IMG/VR virus record: IMGVR_UViG_3300037515_001149
Location: 1-32,486 of that record
Length of the DNA stretch: 32,486 bases
Source: a virus
Lineage: Duplodnaviria > Caudoviricetes
Reading direction: 5' to 3' (one strand)
This document shows positions 1 to 7,987 of this stretch, piece after piece. The notes under the pieces were generated by a model, which saw only the letters and a program-made list of their open reading frames with translations, made no database searches and was not told the origin of the DNA. Every line of letters starts with the position of its first letter. Within the stretch, counting starts at the first letter, position 1. Position numbers and translations under genes: made by a program.

Positions 1-174
1 CGCGGAAAGTGGACCCCCGAGCGATACCACGAGGAGGTCGGACGCCTGGGCCGCCGTATTTCCAGCCTTCAAGGGATAGCCTCCCTGCTGGTGAGTGAGT
101 GTCGCGAGCGCCACGACGTCCGCCTTCCCGGTCCAGTCCCCGACATCGACTCCGAAGAGTGGAGGAGTGCCTGA
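1..174 (+). CDS. Hypothetical phage protein, 5'-truncated
   Basis: Open frame from base 1 (RGKWTPERYHEEV...EEWRSA*). It ends in a TGATG overlap with the next ATG, preceded by GGAGGAG. Confidence 0.5.
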   Translation, partial: RGKWTPERYHEEVGRLGRRISSLQGIASLLVSECRERHDVRLPGPVPDIDSEEWRSA

Positions 175-317
175 TGCCCGCCACCCCATGCCCCCGCTGC
201 CACTCCACCGAACCGCTGAAGAACGTCCGCCCGTGGCCCGAGCTGGGCGCCTCCATCGGTGAGTGCCGGTGCGGCAACACCCGCGTGGTCGAGCTGCCGG
301 ATCCGAGCGGCCGGTGA
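174..317 (+). CDS. Small Zn-ribbon-like protein
   Basis: MPATPCPRCH...GECRCG; SD GGAGGAG upstream; coupled to neighbours at both ends. Confidence 0.6.
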   Translation: MPATPCPRCHSTEPLKNVRPWPELGASIGECRCGNTRVVELPDPSGR

Positions 318-517
318 GCATCTTCGTCGCCTTCGACGAGGGCCGCGTCACCGGCCCCGACGCCTGCCCCGCCTGCCGGGGACGCCGCTGGACCGGGCGC
401 CCCTCGCGCCCGCCGGTCACGTCCGGGCCCCTCCGCGACCCCTACGGCGACGGGGCGGACCATTACGGATACTGCTCGGCCTGCGAGGGCACGGGCCGGA
501 AGAGTGGTGCGTCGTGA
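314..517 (+). CDS. Small protein with DnaJ-type CxxCxG Zn-finger motifs
   Basis: GTGA overlap; CPACRG and CSACEGTG motifs. Confidence 0.6.
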   Translation: MSIFVAFDEGRVTGPDACPACRGRRWTGRPSRPPVTSGPLRDPYGDGADHYGYCSACEGTGRKSGAS

Positions 518-843
518 GCGAGTCCATGGTCAGCCTCCACGCCCACATCCTCTACCGCCAAGAGCGGTGCAGGGGGGACGCGGCTGCGCTGCCCCATCCG
601 AGCCGCTGGACATGGAGGAATTCGCTCCCCGTGCTCCGACTGGTGCCCCAGGTCCGCCAGGACGGTGGGGGGGAGCTCTCCGACGTGGACGAGCCCTCCG
701 GTGGTGGTGGGGACCGCGCCCGCGCTGGTGGTCCCGATTCCTCCATGTCGTCTCCCTCCCGTCAGGGTCATCCGCCGCACCCCACGAAGATGGGGCGGGC
801 CGCCCGGTCCGTCCCGCGCACCCCCACCGGAGATGCGCGGTGA
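514..843 (+). CDS. Hypothetical protein (doubtful; overlaps a large stem-loop)
   Basis: GTGA coupling at both ends, but the product is low-complexity. Confidence 0.3.
   Translation: MSESMVSLHAHILYRQERCRGDAAALPHPSRWTWRNSLPVLRLVPQVRQDGGGELSDVDEPSGGGGDRARAGGPDSSMSSPSRQGHPPHPTKMGRAARSVPRTPTGDAR
567..821. repeat. Nested inverted repeats / candidate structured RNA
   Basis: GACATGGAGGAAT (609-621) pairs with ATTCCTCCATGTC (737-749); GCCCCATC (591-598) with GATGGGGC (789-796); GGGACG (575-580) with CGTCCC (810-815). Inner hairpins at 624-676 and 710-735. Confidence 0.55.
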
Positions 844-1280
844 GCAGTGCAGCGATCCGGGCGGCGTCATCGGGCGACCGCTCCCGGTGGGCCTCGGGCA
901 AGACGCCGAGCCGGAAGCTCGCGCCCCACCACGGGGACGTGACCCCCGGCCGGGTGCGGCACGACCGGACCGAGGGCCGGGGGCCCGTCTCCGTCTTCTT
1001 CCAGATGGTCGCGGACCCCGCTGTCGACGGCCCCCCGCTGGTCGCGGGCGCCATGGAGGAGCTCGAACACCGCTACCTCCGCGAGGCCGAGGCCGGGCCG
1101 AAGGTGCTCCGCCCGCGGCTGGGGCACCTCCTTTTCGTCGGGATCCACGACGGCCACGCCCGGCTGGTGCGGGCGCTCCTGGCCTCCGGGGGCGGCGACG
1201 TGACGGAGGAGCTGCGCGAGCAGGCGAGCCGGTGTGTGGAGGCCGCGGCGATCCGGTGCGCGCTGGGGCTGGGGCGATGA
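840..1280 (+). CDS. Hypothetical phage protein (possibly regulatory)
   Basis: GTGA start overlap and ATGA end overlap; helical C-terminal half with GC3-rich codons. Confidence 0.55.
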   Translation: MSSAAIRAASSGDRSRWASGKTPSRKLAPHHGDVTPGRVRHDRTEGRGPVSVFFQMVADPAVDGPPLVAGAMEELEHRYLREAEAGPKVLRPRLGHLLFVGIHDGHARLVRALLASGGGDVTEELREQASRCVEAAAIRCALGLGR

Positions 1281-1525
1281 GGACCCGTCCGATCCTCGCC
1301 ATCGCGGCGGCGGCCGTGGCCATGGCGGTACCGGAGCCGCCGGCCCATCTCGGGTCCCCTCGCCCGCGCGAGCGGCGCAGGAGCCACGCCAACCGCCGGG
1401 GCTCCGTGGGCCGCCGGGGCCCCGTCAACCGCACCCAGGAGCGTGGGCGTCGCCGCCGTCAGATCGAGCGCGGGATGCTCCAGACCACGGACGAGGCCGC
1501 CTGGGCGGCCCGGAGGAGGGGCTGA
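1277..1525 (+). CDS. Hypothetical protein, Arg-rich with hydrophobic N-terminus
   Basis: ATGA and TGATG coupling; MRTRPILAIAAAAVAMAV... Confidence 0.5.
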   Translation: MRTRPILAIAAAAVAMAVPEPPAHLGSPRPRERRRSHANRRGSVGRRGPVNRTQERGRRRRQIERGMLQTTDEAAWAARRRG

Positions 1526-1776
1526 TGTACACGGCCGGACGGATGGTCGTGGAGAGCGGAGGGCTGGAGCCCCGGATCTACCGGAACGGGCCCGGCGAGG
1601 ATCTCCACGTCCTGATCGTCGGAGAGCCCCACGGCGGCCACACCAAGATCGTGATGGACCGCGAGGCCCTGGAGCTCCTCCACCGGCGCGTCGGGGAGCA
1701 CCTGGCCGGGCTGGACGCGGAACCCGACCCCGCCGGCGAGCCCCCACTGGAGACGGACCGGAGGCACGCGGGATGA
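1525..1776 (+). CDS. Hypothetical phage protein
   Basis: SD GGAGGAGG; coupled; MYTAGRMVVESGG... Confidence 0.65.
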   Translation: MYTAGRMVVESGGLEPRIYRNGPGEDLHVLIVGEPHGGHTKIVMDREALELLHRRVGEHLAGLDAEPDPAGEPPLETDRRHAG

Positions 1777-1955
1777 GCGCCCCCGTCTGCCATGTCTGTG
1801 GAGAGCGCGCTGCCACCTGCACGGCCGCCATCGAGACGACCCTGCGGGCCGGCCCTGGCTCTCCCGAGCGGGACGTGCCGGTCCTTCGCCAGGTGTGCGA
1901 CAAGTGCGCCGTGGATTCCGAGGAGCCCGTGTGGCCGCTGGGAGCGGGACGGTGA
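1773..1955 (+). CDS. Small Zn-binding protein
   Basis: CHVC...CDKC; ATGA/GTGA coupling. Confidence 0.6.
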   Translation: MSAPVCHVCGERAATCTAAIETTLRAGPGSPERDVPVLRQVCDKCAVDSEEPVWPLGAGR

Positions 1956-2245
1956 GCATCCCGTTCACGCAGTACCTGCTGCCGGACGGTCGGACGCGGC
2001 CCGGCGCCGTCGAGCGGTCAGGGGACATCGAGGAGAAGGCGCGGCGCATCATCGACGCCGGCTTCCGCTTCGAGGCCGAGGTCCTCCGGACCGGGGAGGT
2101 CTCGCTGACGGTCTTCGACCCCGAGGAGGAGGTGGATGTGGACATCGAGATCGGGGATAACTTGCCTGGCGCGGTCGGACCCTTGGTGGACCGGCTGGTG
2201 GAACGCTTCGCCGCCACGCTCGGGAGCCGGAGCCAGTCCCCATGA
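1952..2245 (+). CDS. Hypothetical phage protein
   Basis: IPFTQYLLPDGR...FEAEVLRTGEVSLTV, globular composition; coupled. Confidence 0.7.
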   Translation: MSIPFTQYLLPDGRTRPGAVERSGDIEEKARRIIDAGFRFEAEVLRTGEVSLTVFDPEEEVDVDIEIGDNLPGAVGPLVDRLVERFAATLGSRSQSP

Positions 2246-2457
2246 CCGAGCGCGCCATCGTCCTGCACCGCCACCCCTGCGGTTGCCGCGTGCTCGCTGT
2301 GGAGGACGAGACGGAGCCGGTGGAGCTGGAGCTGTGCGACGAGCACGCCCCGGTTCTCCGGATCCACCGGAACACCCCCGACGCCGAGGCGGGGGACGGC
2401 GCTCTCCGGGTCGAGAGCCGGACGGCGCTGGTGCGCCTGGAGGTGGTCCGTGCGTAG
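2242..2457 (+). CDS. Hypothetical protein (HPCGC...CDEH)
   Basis: ATGA coupling; GC3-rich codons. Confidence 0.55.
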   Translation: MTERAIVLHRHPCGCRVLAVEDETEPVELELCDEHAPVLRIHRNTPDAEAGDGALRVESRTALVRLEVVRA

Positions 2458-2659
2458 CCCCTGGGATCCCACCGAGGTCCACGTCCAGGCGCGGATGGAG
2501 TCCTGCCGGCAGGACCGGCCGCGCCGGCGGACCTTCGCTGTCGGCTACGTCCCCCCGGCGCGCTCGGGCCGCGCGCCTCTCCTCATCCGGCTCGGCGGAC
2601 TCCTCCAGCCCGGGGCGCCGAGGTCTGCCCCGGGCTCTCCCGCCGGGAGTGGGTCATGA
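2450..2659 (+). CDS. Hypothetical protein
   Basis: SD GGAGG before a GTG start; overlaps the next ATG. Confidence 0.45.
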   Translation: MRSPWDPTEVHVQARMESCRQDRPRRRTFAVGYVPPARSGRAPLLIRLGGLLQPGAPRSAPGSPAGSGS

Positions 2660-3630
2660 GCGAGGCTGGCCGAGAGCGCGAGGTCGGGAGCACCGGGTTC
2701 GCCGCGGGCTTCACCGCAGGCGCCCCGATGGACCGGTACCTGGCGGATCCGGCGGTCTCCGCGTCGCTGCTCTGGAAGCTCCACGACGAGACGCCGGCGC
2801 ACGTCCTGGACTACCTCCGGCTCCCGGAGCCGCCGAGCTCGGACGCCCAGGAGCTGGGCAACGTCGTCCACACCGCGGTCTTCGAGCCGCTGGAGTTCGA
2901 CGATCGCTACGTGATCCTGGGCCAGTGCGCCGGGCGGAAGAAGGACGGGGACCGCTGCGCCTACCAGGGCGGCATCTACCGGGACGGGGAGTCCTACTGC
3001 AAGACGCACGACCCCTACAAGGGCGCGCCCGAGGCGGAGGGCATCTACACCGTGGCCGGCCCGCTGAAGGACGCCGCGCTGCGGATGAAGACCGCCCTCC
3101 TCGCCCACCCCACCGCGGGCGAGCTGCTCCGCTCCCCCGGCCCCCGGGAGGTCGTCGGCTGCTGGCAGGACCCGGTCACGGGGCTGTGGTGCCGGATCCG
3201 GCCGGACCTCCTCCTCGAGGACGACCCGGGCGTCCGGCCAGAATTCCAGTGGGCGGACGTCAACCTCAAGACGACCGCCTGGCCCGCGAAGCCCGGACGC
3301 TACCCGGGGAAGGACGAACAGCGCTGCAAGACCGCCTTCAAGGCCGCGTTCTACCGGACCGGCCTGCGCGAGCTCTGGGACGTCGAGCCGCAGTGGACGT
3401 TCCACGCTGTGGTGGAGTCGACGGGCGGGCACCAGGTGGCCGTCCACCGGATCAACCACATGGCCATGACGATCGCGGAGGGTTGGGTCCGGGAGGCCCT
3501 GGGCACACTGGCCCGCTGCGTCGAGTCGGGACGCTGGCCGGGATACGGGGCCGAGATCCACGACGTGAACCTCTCCGAATGGCGCCTGAAGCAGGTGCAC
3601 GACATTGATTTCATCATGGGAGCTGCATAA
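2656..3630 (+). CDS. RecE/exodeoxyribonuclease VIII-like PD-(D/E)XK protein (DUF3799-like)
   Basis: YLADPAVSAS, LGNVVHTAVFEP, TGLWCRIRPD, NLKTT, AAFY, FHAVVES and C-terminal WPGY motifs typical of phage ExoVIII-like proteins. Confidence 0.8.
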   Translation: MSEAGREREVGSTGFAAGFTAGAPMDRYLADPAVSASLLWKLHDETPAHVLDYLRLPEPPSSDAQELGNVVHTAVFEPLEFDDRYVILGQCAGRKKDGDRCAYQGGIYRDGESYCKTHDPYKGAPEAEGIYTVAGPLKDAALRMKTALLAHPTAGELLRSPGPREVVGCWQDPVTGLWCRIRPDLLLEDDPGVRPEFQWADVNLKTTAWPAKPGRYPGKDEQRCKTAFKAAFYRTGLRELWDVEPQWTFHAVVESTGGHQVAVHRINHMAMTIAEGWVREALGTLARCVESGRWPGYGAEIHDVNLSEWRLKQVHDIDFIMGAA

Positions 3631-4719
3631 ATGGACGGACCGAACGACTCGTCAATATCGACGGAGCTGCTTCCGCCGCGCCTTCCCGCCCTCGGGAACG
3701 TGAAGCTCGGGGGCAAGAAGGAGGGACAGAAATATTCCGTCAAGTTCGATTCCTTCGTCATCACGACCCGCGATCGCGGGCCGGACGGGATGTTCAAGCG
3801 GGACGATGAGATCCACCGCCGGCTCGGGACCGACAAGCCGATGGGGCTGGACGTGCGCCTCCCCTTCGAGACGCCGGAGCAGAACTTCTACGCCCAGATG
3901 GTCCACTACAGCGGGAAGACGCGGGCGTATCAGTGCGACGGTCACGTTGGGCAGGACCTCTCCACGGGCGTGGCGGGGCCGTGCAGGAAGCGTCGTGGAG
4001 AGGCGTGCCAGTGCAAGCCGTACGGGCGCCTTTCCTTGATCTTGGAGGCGGCCCCCACCTTCGGCGGCGTCCACGTCTTCCGGACGACCTCCTGGGAGAG
4101 CGTGGCCGGGCTTCAGAGCACCCTGAAGCTCTTCTTCCTCCAGTTCGGCTCCCTACGGGGGCTCCCGCTTCGGCTGGTCGCTTACCCGGCAGAGGTGCGG
4201 TTCAAGGGGTCGGACGGGAAGGATGCCGTGGGCACCGCGCTGAAGGTTGGGCTCGTCCTCCGGGCGAGCTACGACCAGGCCGCGCAGGTGGCCCTGGAGT
4301 TCCACCGCACGAACCACCTGGCCCGGAAGGAGATCCTCCAGCTCGTCGCCGGGACCACGGTGGAACTGGACGCCATCGACGCGGAGGAGGCCGGCATCGG
4401 CCAGGAGTTCTTCCCCTCGCGCGCTGCCCTCCCCGCCCGCGCCGAGTCCCTGACCGACCTGGGTCGGCTGAACGCCGCGCTCCGGGCGGACCGGGGGGAG
4501 GAGGCCGAGCCGGACCCGGTGGATGAGGTCCTGGAGAAGCTGCGCCCCCTCCTGGAGAGGGCTGTGGCGGCGAAGGCGATCACGGAGGGACAAGAGGCGC
4601 GGGTCCGGGCGGCGATGGAGCGGCGGGACGCCGACCTGGGGACCGCCGTGGAGTGGCTGGAGGACCAGCTCCGGCCCGAGGGCGGCGACCTCTCCTCCCT
4701 CCTGGACGAGGCCGGCTGA
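3631..4719 (+). CDS. Gp3-like (recombination directionality factor-like) protein
   Basis: PRLPALGNVKLG, FDSFVIT, YQCDG, CQCKPYGRLSL, FRTTSWES and LPLRL motifs resemble the phiC31 Gp3-like family. Confidence 0.7.
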   Translation: MDGPNDSSISTELLPPRLPALGNVKLGGKKEGQKYSVKFDSFVITTRDRGPDGMFKRDDEIHRRLGTDKPMGLDVRLPFETPEQNFYAQMVHYSGKTRAYQCDGHVGQDLSTGVAGPCRKRRGEACQCKPYGRLSLILEAAPTFGGVHVFRTTSWESVAGLQSTLKLFFLQFGSLRGLPLRLVAYPAEVRFKGSDGKDAVGTALKVGLVLRASYDQAAQVALEFHRTNHLARKEILQLVAGTTVELDAIDAEEAGIGQEFFPSRAALPARAESLTDLGRLNAALRADRGEEAEPDPVDEVLEKLRPLLERAVAAKAITEGQEARVRAAMERRDADLGTAVEWLEDQLRPEGGDLSSLLDEAG

Positions 4720-4994
4720 TGCCCGCCCCCACCTACCCCGCCGCTTTGGCCCGCCTGGCCGAGGCCGACCCGGAGGCGCTGGCCGTGGTCCACGAGACGC
4801 TGGCCGAAGTGGTGGGCGGCGAGCCCACGCGGCGCGCGCACCCCCGGGACCCGGAGCCGCATGGGCGGATCCTCGCGGACGTCGCCAGAAGGGTGGACGA
4901 GATGGTCGCGCCCCTCGTGGTCGCGGGGATGTGGAGCAGGCCGGCGCTGGCGACGGGGATCCCTGAGGACTTCAACGACGAAAGGAGCGCCTGA
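4719..4994 (+). CDS. Hypothetical protein
   Basis: TGATG coupling; MPAPTYPAALARL... Confidence 0.55.
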   Translation: MPAPTYPAALARLAEADPEALAVVHETLAEVVGGEPTRRAHPRDPEPHGRILADVARRVDEMVAPLVVAGMWSRPALATGIPEDFNDERSA

Positions 4995-4996
4995 TC

Positions 4997-6421
4997 ATGG
5001 CGACCGAGAATGGACGGCTGGCCGTGCGCCTGATCCGCCTGGAGAACATCGGCGGGATCCGGGGCACACTGGAGGTCCCCCTGGGGGAGATCACCTATCT
5101 CGAGGGGGACAACGGGGTGGGAAAGAGCAGCGTCATCAACGGCATCGCCGCGCTGTGTGGCGGGTCCGTGGCCGACCTGCTGACCCAGGGCGAGGAGGAA
5201 GGTGGCGCCTACCTGGAGCTGACGGACGACACGTGGTTCCGGCGCCAGATCACCGCGGACGGGGGGAACGACCTGACCGCCGGCCACCCGGAGCAGGGCA
5301 AGATCGGCCGGGCCGCCTCCTGGCTCCGCGCGACGCTCGCCGCTGCCTCCCTGTCCCCGGCGGAGTTCCTCGCCGCCGACGATGCGAAGGCCGCCGAGAT
5401 GATTTTGCGCGCCGCGCCGCTGCGGGTGAGCGCGAAGGAGATCGCGGAGGCGTGCGGCCCGGACGTAGGGGTCCCCGCCATCGGCGTGGAGGGGCACGCG
5501 CTGGTGGTGCTGGACGCGGCCGCGAAGACGCTCTACGACGCGCGCCGGGAGGAGAATCGGCTGGCGAAGGAGTCTCGCACCACCGCCGAGCAACTGTCCC
5601 GCTCGATCCCGGAAGGCTCCCCCGACCCGGATGCCATGGCGACCGAGGTGGAGCGCATGGAGGGCGTGGTGGAGGAGATCCGCAAGAGCGCCGAGACGGA
5701 GAAGGCCAAGGCGGCGGACGCGGTGCGAGACGCCGTGGACCAGCACGTGGCGGAGCTGGACCAGGAGATCGAGGAACACGTCGCGGAGGTGCGCCGGCTG
5801 GAGGCCGCCCTGGCTGAGGCGAATGGTGTGTGCCGGGTCGTGCAGGGCCAGCGCACCGCCGTGGTCCAGCGCCGTGACGCGGAAGCCGGACAGGCCGCCC
5901 GCGAGGCCGCCGCCCCGTGGCGCGAGAAGTACGCGACCGCGTTTGCGGAGTTGGGTGCCGCCCGAGAGGCGCGGGAAAGCGCGGTCCGTGCCGAGGCCGC
6001 CCTGCGCAACACCCGCGAGATGATCGCGAGCCAGGAGGCGAAGGCGAAGGCCGCGCACGAGCGGTCCCGGGCGATGACGCAGGCGATGGCGCGCCTCGAC
6101 GCCCTCAAGGCCGCGAAGGCGGCGGAGCTGCCGGTGGCTGGCGTGAGCATCGAGGACGGCCGACTCCTGATCGGTGGGGTGCCCGCGCACCGGGCCAACG
6201 AGGCGGAGCGGGTTCGCGTGGCCCTGGACGCCAGCACGGCGCAGAAGGCCCGGGTGCCCTTCGTGTTCGCGGACCGGCTGGAGTCGCTGTCCACCCGGAC
6301 CCGGAAGGCAGTCGAGAGCGCCTGCCTCGCCCGGGGGATCCAGGTGCTGGGCGCCCGAGTGACGGACGCGGAGGAGTTGACGGTCCGGGCGGCGGAGGAT
6401 CCGGCGGAGGTGGCGTCGTGA
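4997..6421 (+). CDS. SMC/Rad50/RecN-like ATPase with central coiled coil
   Basis: IRLENIGGI; Walker A GDNGVGKSS; long Ala/Glu coiled coil; C-terminal degenerate Walker B (FVFADRLE); SD AAGGAG. Confidence 0.8.
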   Translation: MATENGRLAVRLIRLENIGGIRGTLEVPLGEITYLEGDNGVGKSSVINGIAALCGGSVADLLTQGEEEGGAYLELTDDTWFRRQITADGGNDLTAGHPEQGKIGRAASWLRATLAAASLSPAEFLAADDAKAAEMILRAAPLRVSAKEIAEACGPDVGVPAIGVEGHALVVLDAAAKTLYDARREENRLAKESRTTAEQLSRSIPEGSPDPDAMATEVERMEGVVEEIRKSAETEKAKAADAVRDAVDQHVAELDQEIEEHVAEVRRLEAALAEANGVCRVVQGQRTAVVQRRDAEAGQAAREAAAPWREKYATAFAELGAAREARESAVRAEAALRNTREMIASQEAKAKAAHERSRAMTQAMARLDALKAAKAAELPVAGVSIEDGRLLIGGVPAHRANEAERVRVALDASTAQKARVPFVFADRLESLSTRTRKAVESACLARGIQVLGARVTDAEELTVRAAEDPAEVAS

Positions 6422-7006
6422 CCCGCCTGGCGTGGGCTGGCCGCTCGGGCCGCCCCCGGAAGTGGGAGCCCGCGGAGCCGCTGGCGAGCCTGGACGACCT
6501 CGACCTCGCGGTCCGGCGGAACGACTTCCTCTTCTACCGGGACAAGCCGGCGGCCGCCCGGTTCGTGGGGAACCTCCCGTACCAGGTGCCTGCGCGACCA
6601 GATCCGCCGGGCCGTCGTCCGCGACGAGTACCGGGAGTGGCTCGCCCGGGAGCTGGAGGAGGTCCACGGGCCGCCACCCCCTACTGCGGGGCCATGGCGG
6701 CAGGGGACGGGCGGCGACGCGATCGTCAGCGACCACCCCGTCCCCGGCCAGGACGAGGACATGGTCCGCTTCTACGGCGGCTACGTCGTAGCTGAGTCCG
6801 TCCAGCGTCGAGACCGGCCGCTGATCATCGCGGCGCCGCTCCTACGGCGCGCGCTCGGCGCGGCCCACGCGGCCCTCGTGTGCCACCCGGGGGGCGACAA
6901 CCGGAGCGAGGACGACATCGAGGCGGCGCGCCGTGCGCTGGAGGTGAGCCTCGGGGTGGAATTCATCCGCAGCTTCCGGCGGCGGGCGGCGGGCGCCCTG
7001 CTATGA
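6418..7006 (+). pseudogene. Hypothetical protein apparently split by a single extra base near 6589-6590
   Basis: Coding-like frame 1 (VTRLAW...NLPYQV) continues as coding-like frame 2 (LRDQIRRAVVRDEYREWL...GALL*) if one C in GTGCCTG is removed. Both outer ends are coupled to neighbours. Confidence 0.55.
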
Positions 7007-7239
7007 GCGCCGACCACTACGCCGCCGCCGACGCCCTGCTCACCGAGGTCGCGGGCGGGCCCGTGGACATCGTGCCGGAGCTCCAGCGGGTCGGGGAGCC
7101 GGTGATCCGGTGGACCGTGCACCCGGCAAGCCGGCGCGCCCCGCTGCTGGACATGCTCGCCCTCCTGGTGCTGGCCGCCTGGCTGACCGGGCTGCTGCCG
7201 GGGGCGATTGGGCTGGCGCTGGGGATGTGGCTGGGATGA
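7003..7239 (+). CDS. Small membrane protein
   Basis: ATGA coupling; hydrophobic C-terminus LLDMLALLVLAAWLTGLLPGAIGLALGMWLG. Confidence 0.6.
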   Translation: MSADHYAAADALLTEVAGGPVDIVPELQRVGEPVIRWTVHPASRRAPLLDMLALLVLAAWLTGLLPGAIGLALGMWLG

Positions 7240-7275
7240 CACCGCGGGCGCTCCGGCGCCCCCTGAACCGGGAGG

Positions 7276-7527
7276 ATGACGATGCTCGCATGGCTGTTCG
7301 GGGGCGGGTGCCCCGCCTGTGACCAGACTGTGGTGGGACCGCTCGGCGCCCCTGTACGCCCGCCCCCGGCGAGGCTGGTGGCCTCCGAGGACGGCGAGGG
7401 GCTGGTCTGCACCCGCTGCGACGTGGTGATCGAGCCCCGGCGGGGGCGCTGGCGGTACGCCCACGGCGAGTTCCGGCGCCTGCCCGGTCTGCTTGGACTG
7501 CTGTGCTGGCGGGAGCGGGCGGCGTGA
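7276..7527 (+). CDS. Small Zn-ribbon protein
   Basis: CPAC...CTRC; SD GGGAGG. Confidence 0.55.
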   Translation: MTMLAWLFGGGCPACDQTVVGPLGAPVRPPPARLVASEDGEGLVCTRCDVVIEPRRGRWRYAHGEFRRLPGLLGLLCWRERAA

Positions 7528-7585
7528 GGCGCTAGACGAGAGTTCCACGCGGGGCGCTGACCCCGCCATCACCCGAGGAGGGAAC

Positions 7586-7954
7586 ATGCCGGAGCTGAAG
7601 CGCCTGACCCTGGAGAACGCGGCCGCGGGAGCCGCGCCCGAGCTGTTCGCCAGGGCCCTGGAGGAGGTCCTCGCGAACATCAAGGATCCGGACACCCCGG
7701 CCGAGGCGAAGCGGACCATCACGCTCAAGTTCGAGTTCGTGCCGCACGAGGACCGACAGGGCGGCCGGAACGAGGCATCCGTGAGTGTGGCCTGCACGAG
7801 CAAGCTGGCGGCCCCGAACCCGGCATCCGGCTTCCTGTTCGTGAGCCGAGAGAAGGGCGAGGTCGTGGCCTACACGAACGACGTCCAGCAGGAAGAGATC
7901 GACCTGAGGTCCGGCGAAGTCCTGCCGATGAAGAACGGTCCCGCGCGCGCCTGA
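7586..7954 (+). CDS. Conserved phage protein (family often labelled 'replication terminator protein')
   Basis: ELFARALEEVLANIKDPDTPAEAKRTITLK...TSKLAAP pattern; SD GAGGAGG. Confidence 0.7.
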   Translation: MPELKRLTLENAAAGAAPELFARALEEVLANIKDPDTPAEAKRTITLKFEFVPHEDRQGGRNEASVSVACTSKLAAPNPASGFLFVSREKGEVVAYTNDVQQEEIDLRSGEVLPMKNGPARA

Positions 7955-7987
7955 GCGCACCACGCACCATCCACCGGGAGTAGCACC

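Noticed and set aside
552-746. Minus-strand 64-aa ORF with a good SD
   Set aside because: Low-complexity Ser/Pro product, and its start lies in one arm of the 13-bp inverted repeat; kept only as part of the structured-RNA finding.
3605-3633. Possible promoter TTGATT-17-TAAATG in a locally AT-rich patch
   Set aside because: Poor -10 element that overlaps the stop/start junction of two abutting genes.
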